Positions 19,675 to 29,270 of a stretch of DNA of 64,000 nucleotides are shown here, piece by piece. The stretch comes from an uncultured Collinsella sp. Lineage in GTDB: Bacteria > Actinomycetota > Coriobacteriia > Coriobacteriales > Coriobacteriaceae. The stretch's first letter is position 1. Each line of letters opens with the position of its first letter. The notes under the pieces are model-generated. The model was not told the origin of the DNA. It did no database searches and was given only the letters and a program-made list of their open reading frames with translations. The position numbers and the translations under genes are program-made. The stretch covers positions 22,003 to 86,002 of the forward strand of contig CALKKS010000006.1 in NCBI GenBank assembly GCA_937995345.1, in the 5' to 3' direction.

Positions 19675-20091
19675 TTAAAACTCATCGAGTTCGGCCTGGC
19701 CCAGCAGGTCGTTGACGTACTTGACCTTGGTGTCGTCCGCCTCGACGATCTGACGAATGGCCTCGTCGATCGGAGTCGAATCGGACACGAACAGCAGCTG
19801 GATCAGAAGCGGCAGATTCATATTGGTCACCAGATGCGTGTTGGGGCGCATCTGGACAACCTTGGTGAACTCGTTGTTGACGCTGCCGCCAAACAGGTCG
19901 GTGCAAACGACGACCTCATCGTCCGCGGCAAAGCCGTCCAGAATCGCCGCGGCCTCCTTGGCCAGGTCCTCATTTCCGTCGACATACATAGAGAGCGCAT
20001 GGACGTTTTCGCGCTCGCCGGAGAGCAGGCCGATGCTCTCGACGATTCCAGACGCGAAATGAGCATGGGATGCCACGATAAACTGCCTCAT
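19675..20091 (-). CDS. PTS mannose-family EIIA, locus A
   Basis: MRQFIVASHAHFASG...TDLFGGS matches the EIIA-Man fold motifs. The ATG at 20091 follows AGGGGA. Confidence 0.85.
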   Translation of the reverse strand: MRQFIVASHAHFASGIVESIGLLSGERENVHALSMYVDGNEDLAKEAAAILDGFAADDEVVVCTDLFGGSVNNEFTKVVQMRPNTHLVTNMNLPLLIQLLFVSDSTPIDEAIRQIVEADDTKVKYVNDLLGQAELDEF

Positions 20092-20174
20092 TCGATTCCC
20101 CTTTCTAGCGAATTTCGGCATAAAAAAGCCCGGACGCATGCGCCCGGGCAGGGTGCTTCTTGCTTAGCAGTCGA

Positions 20175-21236
20175 TTAGTAGTCGAACTGGTGATAGTAAC
20201 GACGGTAGTTGAGGTTGTGCTTGGTGACCGTCTCGTAGTAGGCGGCGAGTCGATCGGTGACCAGCGAGGACAGGATCCACGGAGACACGATGACGCGGAA
20301 CTCGTCGTCAAGGCCGGGGATCGCGAACTCGGCGGTGTCGATGATGTTGATGTCGGTGTCGCCGGTCACGCCGCGGGTCAGGAACGCGCGGACGCGCTCG
20401 TCGAGCTTGCGGTTCTCGTCCTCGCCCATGAACAGGAACACGGGGACGCCGGGCTCCACGAGCTCGAGGGTGCCGTGGAAGAAGTCGGCCGAGGTGATGT
20501 AGCGGGTGCGCTTCCACTGCATCTCCTCGAGGATGCACATCGAGAACAGGATGGTCTCGCCCCACAGGGCGCCGGAGCCGATGAACATGGTGTAGGGGGC
20601 CAGGGCGTACTTCTTGGCGAGCTCCTCGGCGCGCGGCTCGAAGCGCTTGCGGATATCGAGCATATCCTTCCAGATGTCCTTGGTCTGCTCGATGAACAGA
20701 TCGAACTTGGGGAAGCAGCCGCGGCGGTTGAGCAGGCGCAGGCCGAAGCAGTCGGCGAGGTAGTAGCCCTTCTCGCAGCCACCGGAGCCATGGTCAGAAG
20801 CCATGGCGACGCAGTTCTCGGCGCCGACAGCCTGGCCGATGGGGCCCTCGGGCTTGGTCATGGCGTAGACGCGCACGCCCATGTCCTTCATCTTCTTGAC
20901 GGCCTCGAGGACCTCGGGGGTGGTGCCGGACTCGGAGGCGGTGAGCACGACGGACTTGTCGGTCATGCGCTTGTGGCCGGAGACATTCCACTCGGCGGCG
21001 TGGATCAGGTAGACCTCCAGGTCGCGGTCGCCGAACTTGTTCATGAGATACTCGAGCTGCATGAGCTCATCCCAGGTGCCGCCGACGCCCATCAGGAACA
21101 CGGCGTCGTAGCCCTCGTCGGCGACCTTGTCGGCGAGCGCGGTCATCTTCTTGCCGGCCTCGTAGACGTTCTTGCCGTCCTCGATGTAGCCCTCCTGGCT
21201 AAAGTGCATGATCTCGATCTTCTCGGTTTCCTTCAT
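20175..21236 (-). CDS. SIS-domain sugar-phosphate isomerase/deglycase (FrlB/GfrE-like), locus A
   Basis: 353 aa with VFLMGVGGTW...LTASESGTTPE. It is a paralog of 28149-29210. Confidence 0.75.
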   Translation of the reverse strand: MKETEKIEIMHFSQEGYIEDGKNVYEAGKKMTALADKVADEGYDAVFLMGVGGTWDELMQLEYLMNKFGDRDLEVYLIHAAEWNVSGHKRMTDKSVVLTASESGTTPEVLEAVKKMKDMGVRVYAMTKPEGPIGQAVGAENCVAMASDHGSGGCEKGYYLADCFGLRLLNRRGCFPKFDLFIEQTKDIWKDMLDIRKRFEPRAEELAKKYALAPYTMFIGSGALWGETILFSMCILEEMQWKRTRYITSADFFHGTLELVEPGVPVFLFMGEDENRKLDERVRAFLTRGVTGDTDINIIDTAEFAIPGLDDEFRVIVSPWILSSLVTDRLAAYYETVTKHNLNYRRYYHQFDY

Positions 21237-21286
21237 GGCTTTTCCTTTCTGTCTTGCACGCGAATCTATACATCGCGTTTCTTTTC

Positions 21287-21330
21287 GATACCAATTATAG
21301 ACATACACCCAACGTGTTTTTAATACCACT
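21287..21330 (-). promoter_or_regulatory. putative promoter/operator of locus A
   Basis: On the minus strand it reads AGTGGTATTAAA-N18-CTATAATTGGTATC. This includes a TATAAT box and two TGGTAT half-sites. The same architecture with the same spacing is found at 24438-24481. Confidence 0.5.
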
Positions 21331-21406
21331 TTGCAATCTGCGCCGATCCTCGGTGAACGGTCGAAATTCTCGGGTGAGTGGTATTAAATTAGAATTAGAT
21401 GTATAT

Positions 21407-22621
21407 CTAGCACTCTCGGCGCTTCCCCTGCGTGACAAAGAACAGCGTTCCTACCAGCGCAATGATTGTCGAAGCTCCAAACAGCACCGTCTGAACGCCC
21501 AAGGCCTCCGCCAAAAACGGAGCGGCCAGCAACGGCAGCACGCCGGCACTCATCAGACCAAAACGTACAAAGCCCGTGATGCGGCCCAGGTATTTGATGT
21601 CCGCGCGCTCCTGAATCAGGATCATCTGGAGCGGCTCCAGGAAACCCCACGCCAAGCCGTTGATCGCCTGGCCGATAATCGCGACTCCCAGCATATCCGT
21701 GCCCACGTACACCATGGACCCAATGCCCACCGTCATGAGCGACCCGAGCAACAGGCGCAGGTTGACATGGCGAGCCGAAAGCTTGGTCAGGGCGAAGGCA
21801 CCCACCGAAGAGGTAAGGCCCACGACCGAGGACAGCCATCCCAGCCAGACGATATCTACATTGAGCACATCGCGATAGAACAGCGACTCCAGCGAATCGA
21901 ACGCGCCAAACGCAAAGAAGCCCAAAAAGCCCGAGATAAAGATGAGACGCAGATCGTGGTTGCAAAACGTGAGCCGGGCACCCTCGACCATGCCTCCAAA
22001 GATGCCGCCCTTCTGCTTCTCCGCCTTTGGGGGAACCACGCTCTCATGGCAGCCCAGAGAAAGCACCGCGGCCACGCCCATCATTGCCGCCATAAGCAGA
22101 TAGACCGATTGCGTGGCAAAGCAGCTCACGATGGCACCGCCAAGCAGCGGACCGGCGGTATAGGCGATGTTGCTGTAGAAGACCATCAGGCCGTTCACGC
22201 GGGTGCGACCCTCGGTTGTCGACTCAAGGTACCCCGGAAACGCATGGGTGCAGGTGTTGATAAAACCGCCGGCAAGCCCCAACACGCAGGCGGCAAACAC
22301 AAGGCTCGGGACCGTAAGCGGCGCCAGGCCAATGCCAAGCGATAGCACCGCCGTAATCACGCACGTCATAAACGACGTCCGACGCGGCCCAAAGCGGTCG
22401 ATGACCGATCCCGACACCATATTGCCCACCGACGTCATAAGATTGCGCACGAGCGTAATGGCGGCAACCAAAAAAGCCGTGCCGGCTAGATCATACGTGG
22501 CCGCACCGATAAGCCCCAAAAAGTACACCGCATTGTTGGCGCACCACTGCAGGGACTCAATAAGAATCAGCCTGACCTCTGCCGGCGTCAGGCGCATTGC
22601 TTCGCGATCCTTCGCGAACAT
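21407..22621 (-). CDS. MFS transporter
   Basis: 404-aa protein with 12 TM-like segments and an AAGGAG RBS. Confidence 0.8.
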   Translation of the reverse strand: MFAKDREAMRLTPAEVRLILIESLQWCANNAVYFLGLIGAATYDLAGTAFLVAAITLVRNLMTSVGNMVSGSVIDRFGPRRTSFMTCVITAVLSLGIGLAPLTVPSLVFAACVLGLAGGFINTCTHAFPGYLESTTEGRTRVNGLMVFYSNIAYTAGPLLGGAIVSCFATQSVYLLMAAMMGVAAVLSLGCHESVVPPKAEKQKGGIFGGMVEGARLTFCNHDLRLIFISGFLGFFAFGAFDSLESLFYRDVLNVDIVWLGWLSSVVGLTSSVGAFALTKLSARHVNLRLLLGSLMTVGIGSMVYVGTDMLGVAIIGQAINGLAWGFLEPLQMILIQERADIKYLGRITGFVRFGLMSAGVLPLLAAPFLAEALGVQTVLFGASTIIALVGTLFFVTQGKRREC

Positions 22622-22712
22622 ACGTACTCCTTCTATACAAAAAGGGGATGGAGGGCATAGGCCTGCTCCATCCCCTTTCCAGGTTGAAACGAAAATCTAT
22701 GCAGTCGGGTCC

Positions 22713-23546
22713 TTACGCCAGCACGCCGAAGAACGCGCCGACGATGCCCACGGCCATGGTGGCCACGATCAGCACCATGGGGTTGATCTTCTTGGACAGC
22801 AGCCAGTAGTACAGCCAGAAGGCGATCATGCCGAGCATGCCGGGCATGATGCCGTCCAGGATGTCCTGGAGGGTCTGGGCGTCGTCGCCCGAGCCGATGG
22901 CCACCGGGATGCTGGCCCAGAACATGTCCTTGCACATGGCGCCCACGACCATGACGCCCACGATGCCGACGCAGGTCATGACCTTCTGCATGAGGCCGGT
23001 CCTCTGGGCCTCGTCCAGGAAGCCCACGCCCAGCTCGTAGCCCTTGACGGCGCCCCAGACGCGCAGCGCGAAGCCGGGGACGTTGTAGATGAGCAGGAAG
23101 GCGATGGGGCCGAAGGGGTTGCCGGCCTGGCACAGGCTGATGCCCACCGCGGCGGCGACCACGCGCAGCGTCGACAGGAAGATGGAGTCGCCGATGCCGG
23201 ACAGCGGGCCCATGAGGGCGGCCTTGACGTCGTTGACGCTCTCGGGCTCGATCTCGCCGCGGGCGACCTTCTCCTCCATGGCCATCGCGATGCCGCCGAC
23301 GAACGGGGCGAACTGGACGGTGATGTTGAAGAACGCGCAGTGGCGGTGCAGGGCCTCGGCGTAGTCGTCGGGGCGGCCGGCGTAGATCTTCTTGAGCATG
23401 TTGGCGACCATCAGGCAGAAGGCGATGTTCATCTGCTTGTAGTAGGTCCAGGAGAACTCCATGCCCAGGGCGCCGGTGTTGACGGCGCTCCTGACGAGGT
23501 CGGAGCGCGTGATCTTGTTCTCGGGACTAGAAGTCATCGTCCTCAT
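22713..23546 (-). CDS. PTS mannose-family EIID, locus B
   Basis: 277 aa with the same predicted protein as 25495-26328. Contains EFSWTYYKQMNIAFCLMVANMLKKIY. Confidence 0.9.
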   Translation of the reverse strand: MRTMTSSPENKITRSDLVRSAVNTGALGMEFSWTYYKQMNIAFCLMVANMLKKIYAGRPDDYAEALHRHCAFFNITVQFAPFVGGIAMAMEEKVARGEIEPESVNDVKAALMGPLSGIGDSIFLSTLRVVAAAVGISLCQAGNPFGPIAFLLIYNVPGFALRVWGAVKGYELGVGFLDEAQRTGLMQKVMTCVGIVGVMVVGAMCKDMFWASIPVAIGSGDDAQTLQDILDGIMPGMLGMIAFWLYYWLLSKKINPMVLIVATMAVGIVGAFFGVLA

Positions 23547-24300
23547 CCCCTTCCGCGGAGAGCTGGGGCTGGGCTCCGCCCAGGCCGAGCAGGTCGAACT
23601 TGTCGATGCCGATGATGATGGCGATCAGGGCGACGCCCAGGACGGGCACGTTGGCGTAGGAGCACAGCAGGAAGCCCAGGAAGTAGAAGGGCACGAGCTG
23701 CTTGGTGAGCACCAGGCGGCCGAGCATGGCGAAGCCCATGGCCGGCAGGATGTTGGCGGCAACGCCGCAACCATCGATCACAAAGGGCGGGATGAAGTCG
23801 AGCAGGCCCTGGATGGCGTCGGAACCCAGATAGAAGGCGCCGCCGCACAGCAAGAAGTACTCAACGCAGCCCCAAATTCCAATTCCCCAATGAACGGCAT
23901 AGATGCCTTTGAGGTTTCCCTTGAGGGCAAACTTGTCTGCCATGTCGACAAACACGGGGAACAAGGCATTGGTAATGTTGCCGATCGTCAACGAAAGGAC
24001 GGCGATGGGCATGGCGAGCGCGATGGCCGTCTCGGTACCCTGGCCGAGCTGGATGGCGAAGGCGCAGGCGAGCACGCCGCCGACGGTTTCGTTAGGCGGC
24101 ACGTAAGCGCCAATGGAGATCGAGCCCATGAACAGCAGCTCCAGGCTGGCACCAACGGCAAGGCCAGTCTGCAGGTCCCCCAGCACCAGGCCCACGAGCG
24201 GGCACAGGACGATGGGGCGGAACGCGTAGAGGGTGCCGAGCTGGTAGTCGAGACATCCAAACGCTCCGACTAAGCCGACGAGGATTGCTTGAACAAGCAT
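23527..24300 (-). CDS. PTS mannose-family EIIC, locus B
   Basis: The ATG at 24300 (MLVQAILVGL...) follows GGGAGGAACT and aligns with the start of the locus C paralog. The C-terminal ~70 aa are identical to locus C EIIC. Confidence 0.85.
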   Translation of the reverse strand: MLVQAILVGLVGAFGCLDYQLGTLYAFRPIVLCPLVGLVLGDLQTGLAVGASLELLFMGSISIGAYVPPNETVGGVLACAFAIQLGQGTETAIALAMPIAVLSLTIGNITNALFPVFVDMADKFALKGNLKGIYAVHWGIGIWGCVEYFLLCGGAFYLGSDAIQGLLDFIPPFVIDGCGVAANILPAMGFAMLGRLVLTKQLVPFYFLGFLLCSYANVPVLGVALIAIIIGIDKFDLLGLGGAQPQLSAEGDEDDDF

Positions 24301-24437
24301 AGTTCCTCCCAATAAAGAATCTCGAACCGTCGTCACTCCCGTCGCGCGCGTTGTTGATATCAATTCCGGGAGTTCGATTACACGGCTCGAAGCGTACCTG
24401 GTGTGCTGCTAACACCCATGCCAGGTACAAATGATTT

Positions 24438-24481
24438 GATACCAATTATAGGTATGCAGGTTCTTACTATTTAATACCACT
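24438..24481 (-). promoter_or_regulatory. putative promoter/operator of locus B
   Basis: On the minus strand it reads AGTGGTATTAAA-N18-CTATAATTGGTATC, matching locus A in both sequence and spacing. Confidence 0.5.
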
Positions 24482-24525
24482 CGCTCAGCGGGGTGTTTTT
24501 TACCGTAAACGGCAGACGTATCCCA

Positions 24526-25416
24526 TCAGGCACGCTCTTTGTTTCGATGGCGGACAAGCGCCACCAGAAAGCCATCGCCAAAGGCATCGGATGCCAAGTT
24601 GGCTACAATCACCAAAACGATAATCGCCGCGCCCAAAAACTCGTTCCAGCGAAAGACCTCGCCAAAGAGGAGCGCCGACCAGCAGGGAGCGAGCACGACC
24701 TCGCTCATGCAGACCAAGTTGGCCGCAAACGCGTTAGTGCGCGCAATCCCTTTGGCATACAGCACGCTCGCAAGACCGCTGCAAAAAAGGCCATGCACCA
24801 GCATGAGCCCCCACTCAAATGGCCTCACGGAGTCTAGGGCACCGGCAAAATAGACGATCGGCAGCATCGAGATACCGCAGGAGATAAGCGAGGACACCAT
24901 GGGCGACGCATCGGGGCGAGAGTTCAAAAAGAAGCACAGCCCAAAGGTGGCGCCCGAAATGACGGCAAGCAGGTTGCCGAGCATGCCCTCGGCACTCAAA
25001 TCACCTAAAAAGAAAAGTCCCATACCCGTAAAAGCAACCACCACGGAGGCAATCTTCGCAGGTGAGGGCAACGTATGAGTTGCGAGCGATTGATACACGA
25101 TAACGAAAATCATCGAGGTGTACTGCAGGACGATTGCGTTGCCGACCGTCGTGAGCTGGTTGGCAAAGTTAAACGTGGTGCCCGTCACGAAGTTGCAGAC
25201 GGCCACAAGAACAATAAGACGGCTGACGCGGAGGACAGGCCTGCCGACGAGCAGAATAAAGAGAGCCATAAACATTGCCGTGACGGCACCGATCAAAAGA
25301 GCTGACTGCGAATTGGCGTGAACGAGGATGCCGATAAAGCTCCACAGGAGCGCCGTGCCAAATAGATACATCGCACCGCTCACGCCATTGTCAGGTGGAT
25401 TGTCGGATCGATTCAC
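24526..25416 (-). CDS. EamA/DMT-family transporter
   Basis: 296 aa with 10 TM-like segments. GTG start preceded by GAGGAGG. Confidence 0.75.
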   Translation of the reverse strand: MNRSDNPPDNGVSGAMYLFGTALLWSFIGILVHANSQSALLIGAVTAMFMALFILLVGRPVLRVSRLIVLVAVCNFVTGTTFNFANQLTTVGNAIVLQYTSMIFVIVYQSLATHTLPSPAKIASVVVAFTGMGLFFLGDLSAEGMLGNLLAVISGATFGLCFFLNSRPDASPMVSSLISCGISMLPIVYFAGALDSVRPFEWGLMLVHGLFCSGLASVLYAKGIARTNAFAANLVCMSEVVLAPCWSALLFGEVFRWNEFLGAAIIVLVIVANLASDAFGDGFLVALVRHRNKERA

Positions 25417-25494
25417 GAAGCACCTCCTCGTAATAAAAAACGGCGACCGCAGCGGGTCGCCGTTTCCCTTGGGGGCAGATAGTATGGCCGAGCC

Positions 25495-26328
25495 TTACGC
25501 CAGCACGCCGAAGAACGCGCCGACGATGCCCACGGCCATGGTGGCCACGATCAGCACCATGGGGTTGATCTTCTTGGACAGCAGCCAGTAGTACAGCCAG
25601 AAGGCGATCATGCCGAGCATGCCGGGCATGATGCCGTCCAGGATGTCCTGGAGGGTCTGGGCGTCGTCGCCCGAGCCGATGGCCACCGGGATGCTGGCCC
25701 AGAACATGTCCTTGCACATGGCGCCCACGACCATGACGCCCACGATGCCGACGCAGGTCATGACCTTCTGCATGAGGCCGGTCCTCTGGGCCTCGTCCAG
25801 GAAGCCCACGCCCAGCTCGTAGCCCTTGACGGCGCCCCAGACGCGCAGCGCGAAGCCGGGGACGTTGTAGATGAGCAGGAAGGCGATGGGGCCGAAGGGG
25901 TTGCCGGCCTGGCACAGGCTGATGCCCACCGCGGCGGCGACCACGCGCAGCGTCGACAGGAAGATGGAGTCGCCGATGCCGGACAGCGGGCCCATGAGGG
26001 CGGCCTTGACGTCGTTGACGCTCTCGGGCTCGATCTCGCCGCGGGCGACCTTCTCCTCCATGGCCATCGCGATGCCGCCGACGAACGGGGCGAACTGGAC
26101 GGTGATGTTGAAGAACGCGCAGTGGCGGTGCAGGGCCTCGGCGTAGTCGTCGGGGCGGCCGGCGTAGATCTTCTTGAGCATGTTGGCGACCATCAGGCAG
26201 AAGGCGATGTTCATCTGCTTGTAGTAGGTCCAGGAGAACTCCATGCCCAGGGCGCCGGTGTTGACGGCGCTCCTGACGAGGTCGGAGCGCGTGATCTTGT
26301 TCTCGGGACTAGAAGTCATCGTCCTCAT
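25495..26328 (-). CDS. PTS mannose-family EIID, locus C
   Basis: Same predicted protein as the locus B EIID. Confidence 0.9.
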   Translation of the reverse strand: MRTMTSSPENKITRSDLVRSAVNTGALGMEFSWTYYKQMNIAFCLMVANMLKKIYAGRPDDYAEALHRHCAFFNITVQFAPFVGGIAMAMEEKVARGEIEPESVNDVKAALMGPLSGIGDSIFLSTLRVVAAAVGISLCQAGNPFGPIAFLLIYNVPGFALRVWGAVKGYELGVGFLDEAQRTGLMQKVMTCVGIVGVMVVGAMCKDMFWASIPVAIGSGDDAQTLQDILDGIMPGMLGMIAFWLYYWLLSKKINPMVLIVATMAVGIVGAFFGVLA

Positions 26329-27082
26329 CCCCTTCCGCGGAGAGCTGGGGCTGGGCTCCGCCCAGGCCGAGCAGGTCGAACTTGTCGATGCCGATGATGA
26401 TGGCGATCAGGGCGACGCCCAGGACGGGCACGTTGGCGTAGGAGCACAGCAGGAAGCCCAGGAAGTAGAAGGGCACGAGCTGCTTGGTGAGCACCAGGCG
26501 GCCGAGCATGGCGAAGCCCATGGCAGGCAGGATGTTGGCGGCAACGCCAAAGCCGTCAAGCACGAACTGCGGAATGAAGTCGAGCATGCCCTGGATCGCG
26601 TCAGCGCCCAGATAGAACGACAGCGAGCACAGCAGGAACGCCATGAGGACGCCCGTGGAGCCAATCAGAAAGTGCATCGCGTAGACGCCCTTGAGGTTAC
26701 CCTGGGCAGAGAAGACATCCGCGCGGTCGACCAGGATCGGCAGGGCTGCGTTCAGGATGTTCTTGATGGCGAGGCACAGCGTGGCGATAGGCATAGCGAG
26801 TGCGATGGCAGCCTCGGTGCTCTGGCCCAGCTGGATAGCGAAGGCGCAGGCGAGCACGCCGCCGATCGTCTCATCGGGCGGAACGTAAGCGCCGATGGAG
26901 ATCGAGCCCATGAACAGCAGCTCCAGGCTCGCGCCGATCGCGAGGCCAGACTGCAGGTCCCCCAGCACCAGGCCCACGAGCGGGCACAGGACGATGGGAC
27001 GGAACGCGTAGAGCGTACCGAGCTGGTAGTCGAACTTACCAAATGCGGCGATAAGTCCGATGAGGATTGCTTGGGTAAGCAT
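26309..27082 (-). CDS. PTS mannose-family EIIC, locus C
   Basis: 257 aa beginning MLTQAILIGLIAAFGKFDYQLG... Confidence 0.88.
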   Translation of the reverse strand: MLTQAILIGLIAAFGKFDYQLGTLYAFRPIVLCPLVGLVLGDLQSGLAIGASLELLFMGSISIGAYVPPDETIGGVLACAFAIQLGQSTEAAIALAMPIATLCLAIKNILNAALPILVDRADVFSAQGNLKGVYAMHFLIGSTGVLMAFLLCSLSFYLGADAIQGMLDFIPQFVLDGFGVAANILPAMGFAMLGRLVLTKQLVPFYFLGFLLCSYANVPVLGVALIAIIIGIDKFDLLGLGGAQPQLSAEGDEDDDF

Positions 27083-27142
27083 ACATCCCCCTTTCCATAT
27101 AGGACACTACGAAGAACCCGCAGGCTCTTCGAATTTAAACGC

Positions 27143-27625
27143 CTAGAGCACGCTTGCGCAGTCGACCTTGGGGTCATCGGCCAGAGGACGGATCTCGACC
27201 TCGACGCCACGGTCCAGCATCTCACGCACATCGGCTTCCTCGGCCGCGGTCAGGAAGATCTGGCGAGAGACCTGACGCGCGTCGGGACGCTTCTCGTCCT
27301 TGGGCTTGGTGTTGCCCAGGTTGACCGACTTGATCTGCGGGCAGCCCTCAACAAGCTGCTTTGCCTCGGCGATGGTGGCGACGCAGATAATCATCTTGTA
27401 CTTGTCGGTCACGCCCGAGTTAATGGCCTCGATGGCGTTCGCCATGTCCTTGATGACGAGCTTACAACCGGCAGGCTTGCCCATCTTGAGCGTCGTCTTC
27501 CACACCGGGTCGTTGGCGACCTTATCGCCCACGCAGAAAATGCAGTTGGAGCCAAGGCCCTGAACCCAGGAAACTGCGACCTGGCCATGAAGCAGGCGAT
27601 GGTCAACGCGAAGTAGCTGAATCAT
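27143..27625 (-). CDS. PTS mannose-family EIIB, locus C
   Basis: Begins MIQLLRVDHRLLHGQV, with the ATG at 27625. Confidence 0.88.
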   Translation of the reverse strand: MIQLLRVDHRLLHGQVAVSWVQGLGSNCIFCVGDKVANDPVWKTTLKMGKPAGCKLVIKDMANAIEAINSGVTDKYKMIICVATIAEAKQLVEGCPQIKSVNLGNTKPKDEKRPDARQVSRQIFLTAAEEADVREMLDRGVEVEIRPLADDPKVDCASVL

Positions 27626-27682
27626 AATGTGACCCCCCAAAGGTCTTGCGCTGTCTTACGGCATGTCAATAGGTGCTGCGAA

Positions 27683-28102
27683 TTAGAACTCTTCTTCCTC
27701 GTCGTCATCGACCAAAAGATCGTTGACAAACTTCACACGCGTATCGTCCGCAGCGACGATGGCGCGAATCGTCTCCTTAACCGGTGCCGACTCATCGGAG
27801 AACAACAGCTGAATGAGCAGAGGAAGGTTCATGTTGGTAACGAGGTACGTGCGGGGACGCGTCTGGACGATCTTGGTGAACTCGTTGTTGACGCTGCCGC
27901 CAAAGAGGTCGGTGCAGACGACGACATCATCGTCGGCAGACATGCCCGCCAGCAGTTTTTGGGCCTCCTCGGCCACGTCCATGCGGTCATCGACGAACAT
28001 CGAAAGATCGTGGACGTTGTCGCGAGCACCCGAGAGCAGCTCGACGCTCTCCTTGATGCCGGTAGCGAAGTGCGCATGGCTGGCGATGATGTACTGTCTC
28101 AT
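27683..28102 (-). CDS. PTS mannose-family EIIA, locus C
   Basis: MRQYIIASHAHFATG...TDLFGGS. By eye it is roughly two-thirds identical to the locus A EIIA. Confidence 0.85.
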   Translation of the reverse strand: MRQYIIASHAHFATGIKESVELLSGARDNVHDLSMFVDDRMDVAEEAQKLLAGMSADDDVVVCTDLFGGSVNNEFTKIVQTRPRTYLVTNMNLPLLIQLLFSDESAPVKETIRAIVAADDTRVKFVNDLLVDDDEEEEF

Positions 28103-28148
28103 TCTGTGTTCCTCTCAATAGCCCGGCACGTTCCCGCACCTGTCTTCT

Positions 28149-29210
28149 TTAGTAGTCGAACTGGTGATAGTAGCGACGATACTTGAGGTTGTGTTTGGTG
28201 ACCGTCTCGTAGTAGCGAGCCAGGCGGTCGGTCACGAGCACCGTCAGAATCCACGGGGAGACGATGACGCGGAACTCGTCGTCAAGGCCGGGGATCGCGA
28301 ACTCGGCGGTGTCGATGATGTTGATGTCGGTGTCGCCGGTCACGCCGCGGGTCAGGAACGCGCGGACGCGCTCGTCGAGCTTGCGGTTCTCGTCCTCGCC
28401 CATGAACAGGAACACGGGGACGCCGGGCTCCACGAGCTCGAGGGTGCCGTGGAAGAAGTCGGCCGAGGTGATGTAGCGGGTGCGCTTCCACTGCATCTCC
28501 TCGAGGATGCACATCGAGAACAGGATGGTCTCGCCCCACAGGGCGCCGGAGCCGATGAACATGGTGTAGGGGGCCAGGGCGTACTTCTTGGCGAGCTCCT
28601 CGGCGCGCGGCTCGAAGCGCTTGCGGATATCGAGCATATCCTTCCAGATGTCCTTGGTCTGCTCGATGAACAGATCGAACTTGGGGAAGCAGCCGCGGCG
28701 GTTGAGCAGGCGCAGGCCGAAGCAGTCGGCGAGGTAGTAGCCCTTCTCGCAGCCACCGGAGCCATGGTCAGAAGCCATGGCGACGCAGTTCTCGGCGCCG
28801 ACAGCCTGGCCGATGGGGCCCTCGGGCTTGGTCATGGCGTAGACGCGCACGCCCATGTCCTTCATCTTCTTGACGGCCTCGAGGACCTCGGGGGTGGTGC
28901 CGGACTCGGAGGCGGTGAGCACGACGGACTTGTCGGTCATGCGCTTGTGGCCGGAGACATTCCACTCGGCGGCGTGGATCAGGTAGACCTCCAGGTCGCG
29001 GTCGCCGAACTTGTTCATGAGATACTCGAGCTGCATGAGCTCATCCCAGGTGCCGCCGACGCCCATCAGGAACACGGCGTCGTAGCCCTCGTCGGCGACC
29101 TTGTCGGCGAGCGCGGTCATCTTCTTGCCGGTCTCGTAGAGCGCCTTGCCGTCCTCGAGGTAGCCCTCCTGGTCGAAATTCATGATCTCGATCTTCTCGG
29201 TTTCCTTCAT
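28149..29210 (-). CDS. SIS-domain sugar-phosphate isomerase/deglycase, locus C, copy 1
   Basis: 353-aa paralog of 20175-21236. Its central 871 nt appear identical to that gene. Confidence 0.75.
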   Translation of the reverse strand: MKETEKIEIMNFDQEGYLEDGKALYETGKKMTALADKVADEGYDAVFLMGVGGTWDELMQLEYLMNKFGDRDLEVYLIHAAEWNVSGHKRMTDKSVVLTASESGTTPEVLEAVKKMKDMGVRVYAMTKPEGPIGQAVGAENCVAMASDHGSGGCEKGYYLADCFGLRLLNRRGCFPKFDLFIEQTKDIWKDMLDIRKRFEPRAEELAKKYALAPYTMFIGSGALWGETILFSMCILEEMQWKRTRYITSADFFHGTLELVEPGVPVFLFMGEDENRKLDERVRAFLTRGVTGDTDINIIDTAEFAIPGLDDEFRVIVSPWILTVLVTDRLARYYETVTKHNLKYRRYYHQFDY

Positions 29211-29270
29211 TTGCTTCTCCTTTCTGGGGATGTCTCCACATCCCCCATGCCAACGGGTATCAAAGCCCGC

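Noticed and set aside
22711-29131. Interpreting the identical tracts as a simple tandem segmental duplication of a whole PTS operon.
   Set aside because: Identity is confined to internal tracts with sharp boundaries inside genes, while the adjacent paralogous genes are strongly diverged. Gene conversion or assembly artefact are the better alternatives, and both are flagged for checking.
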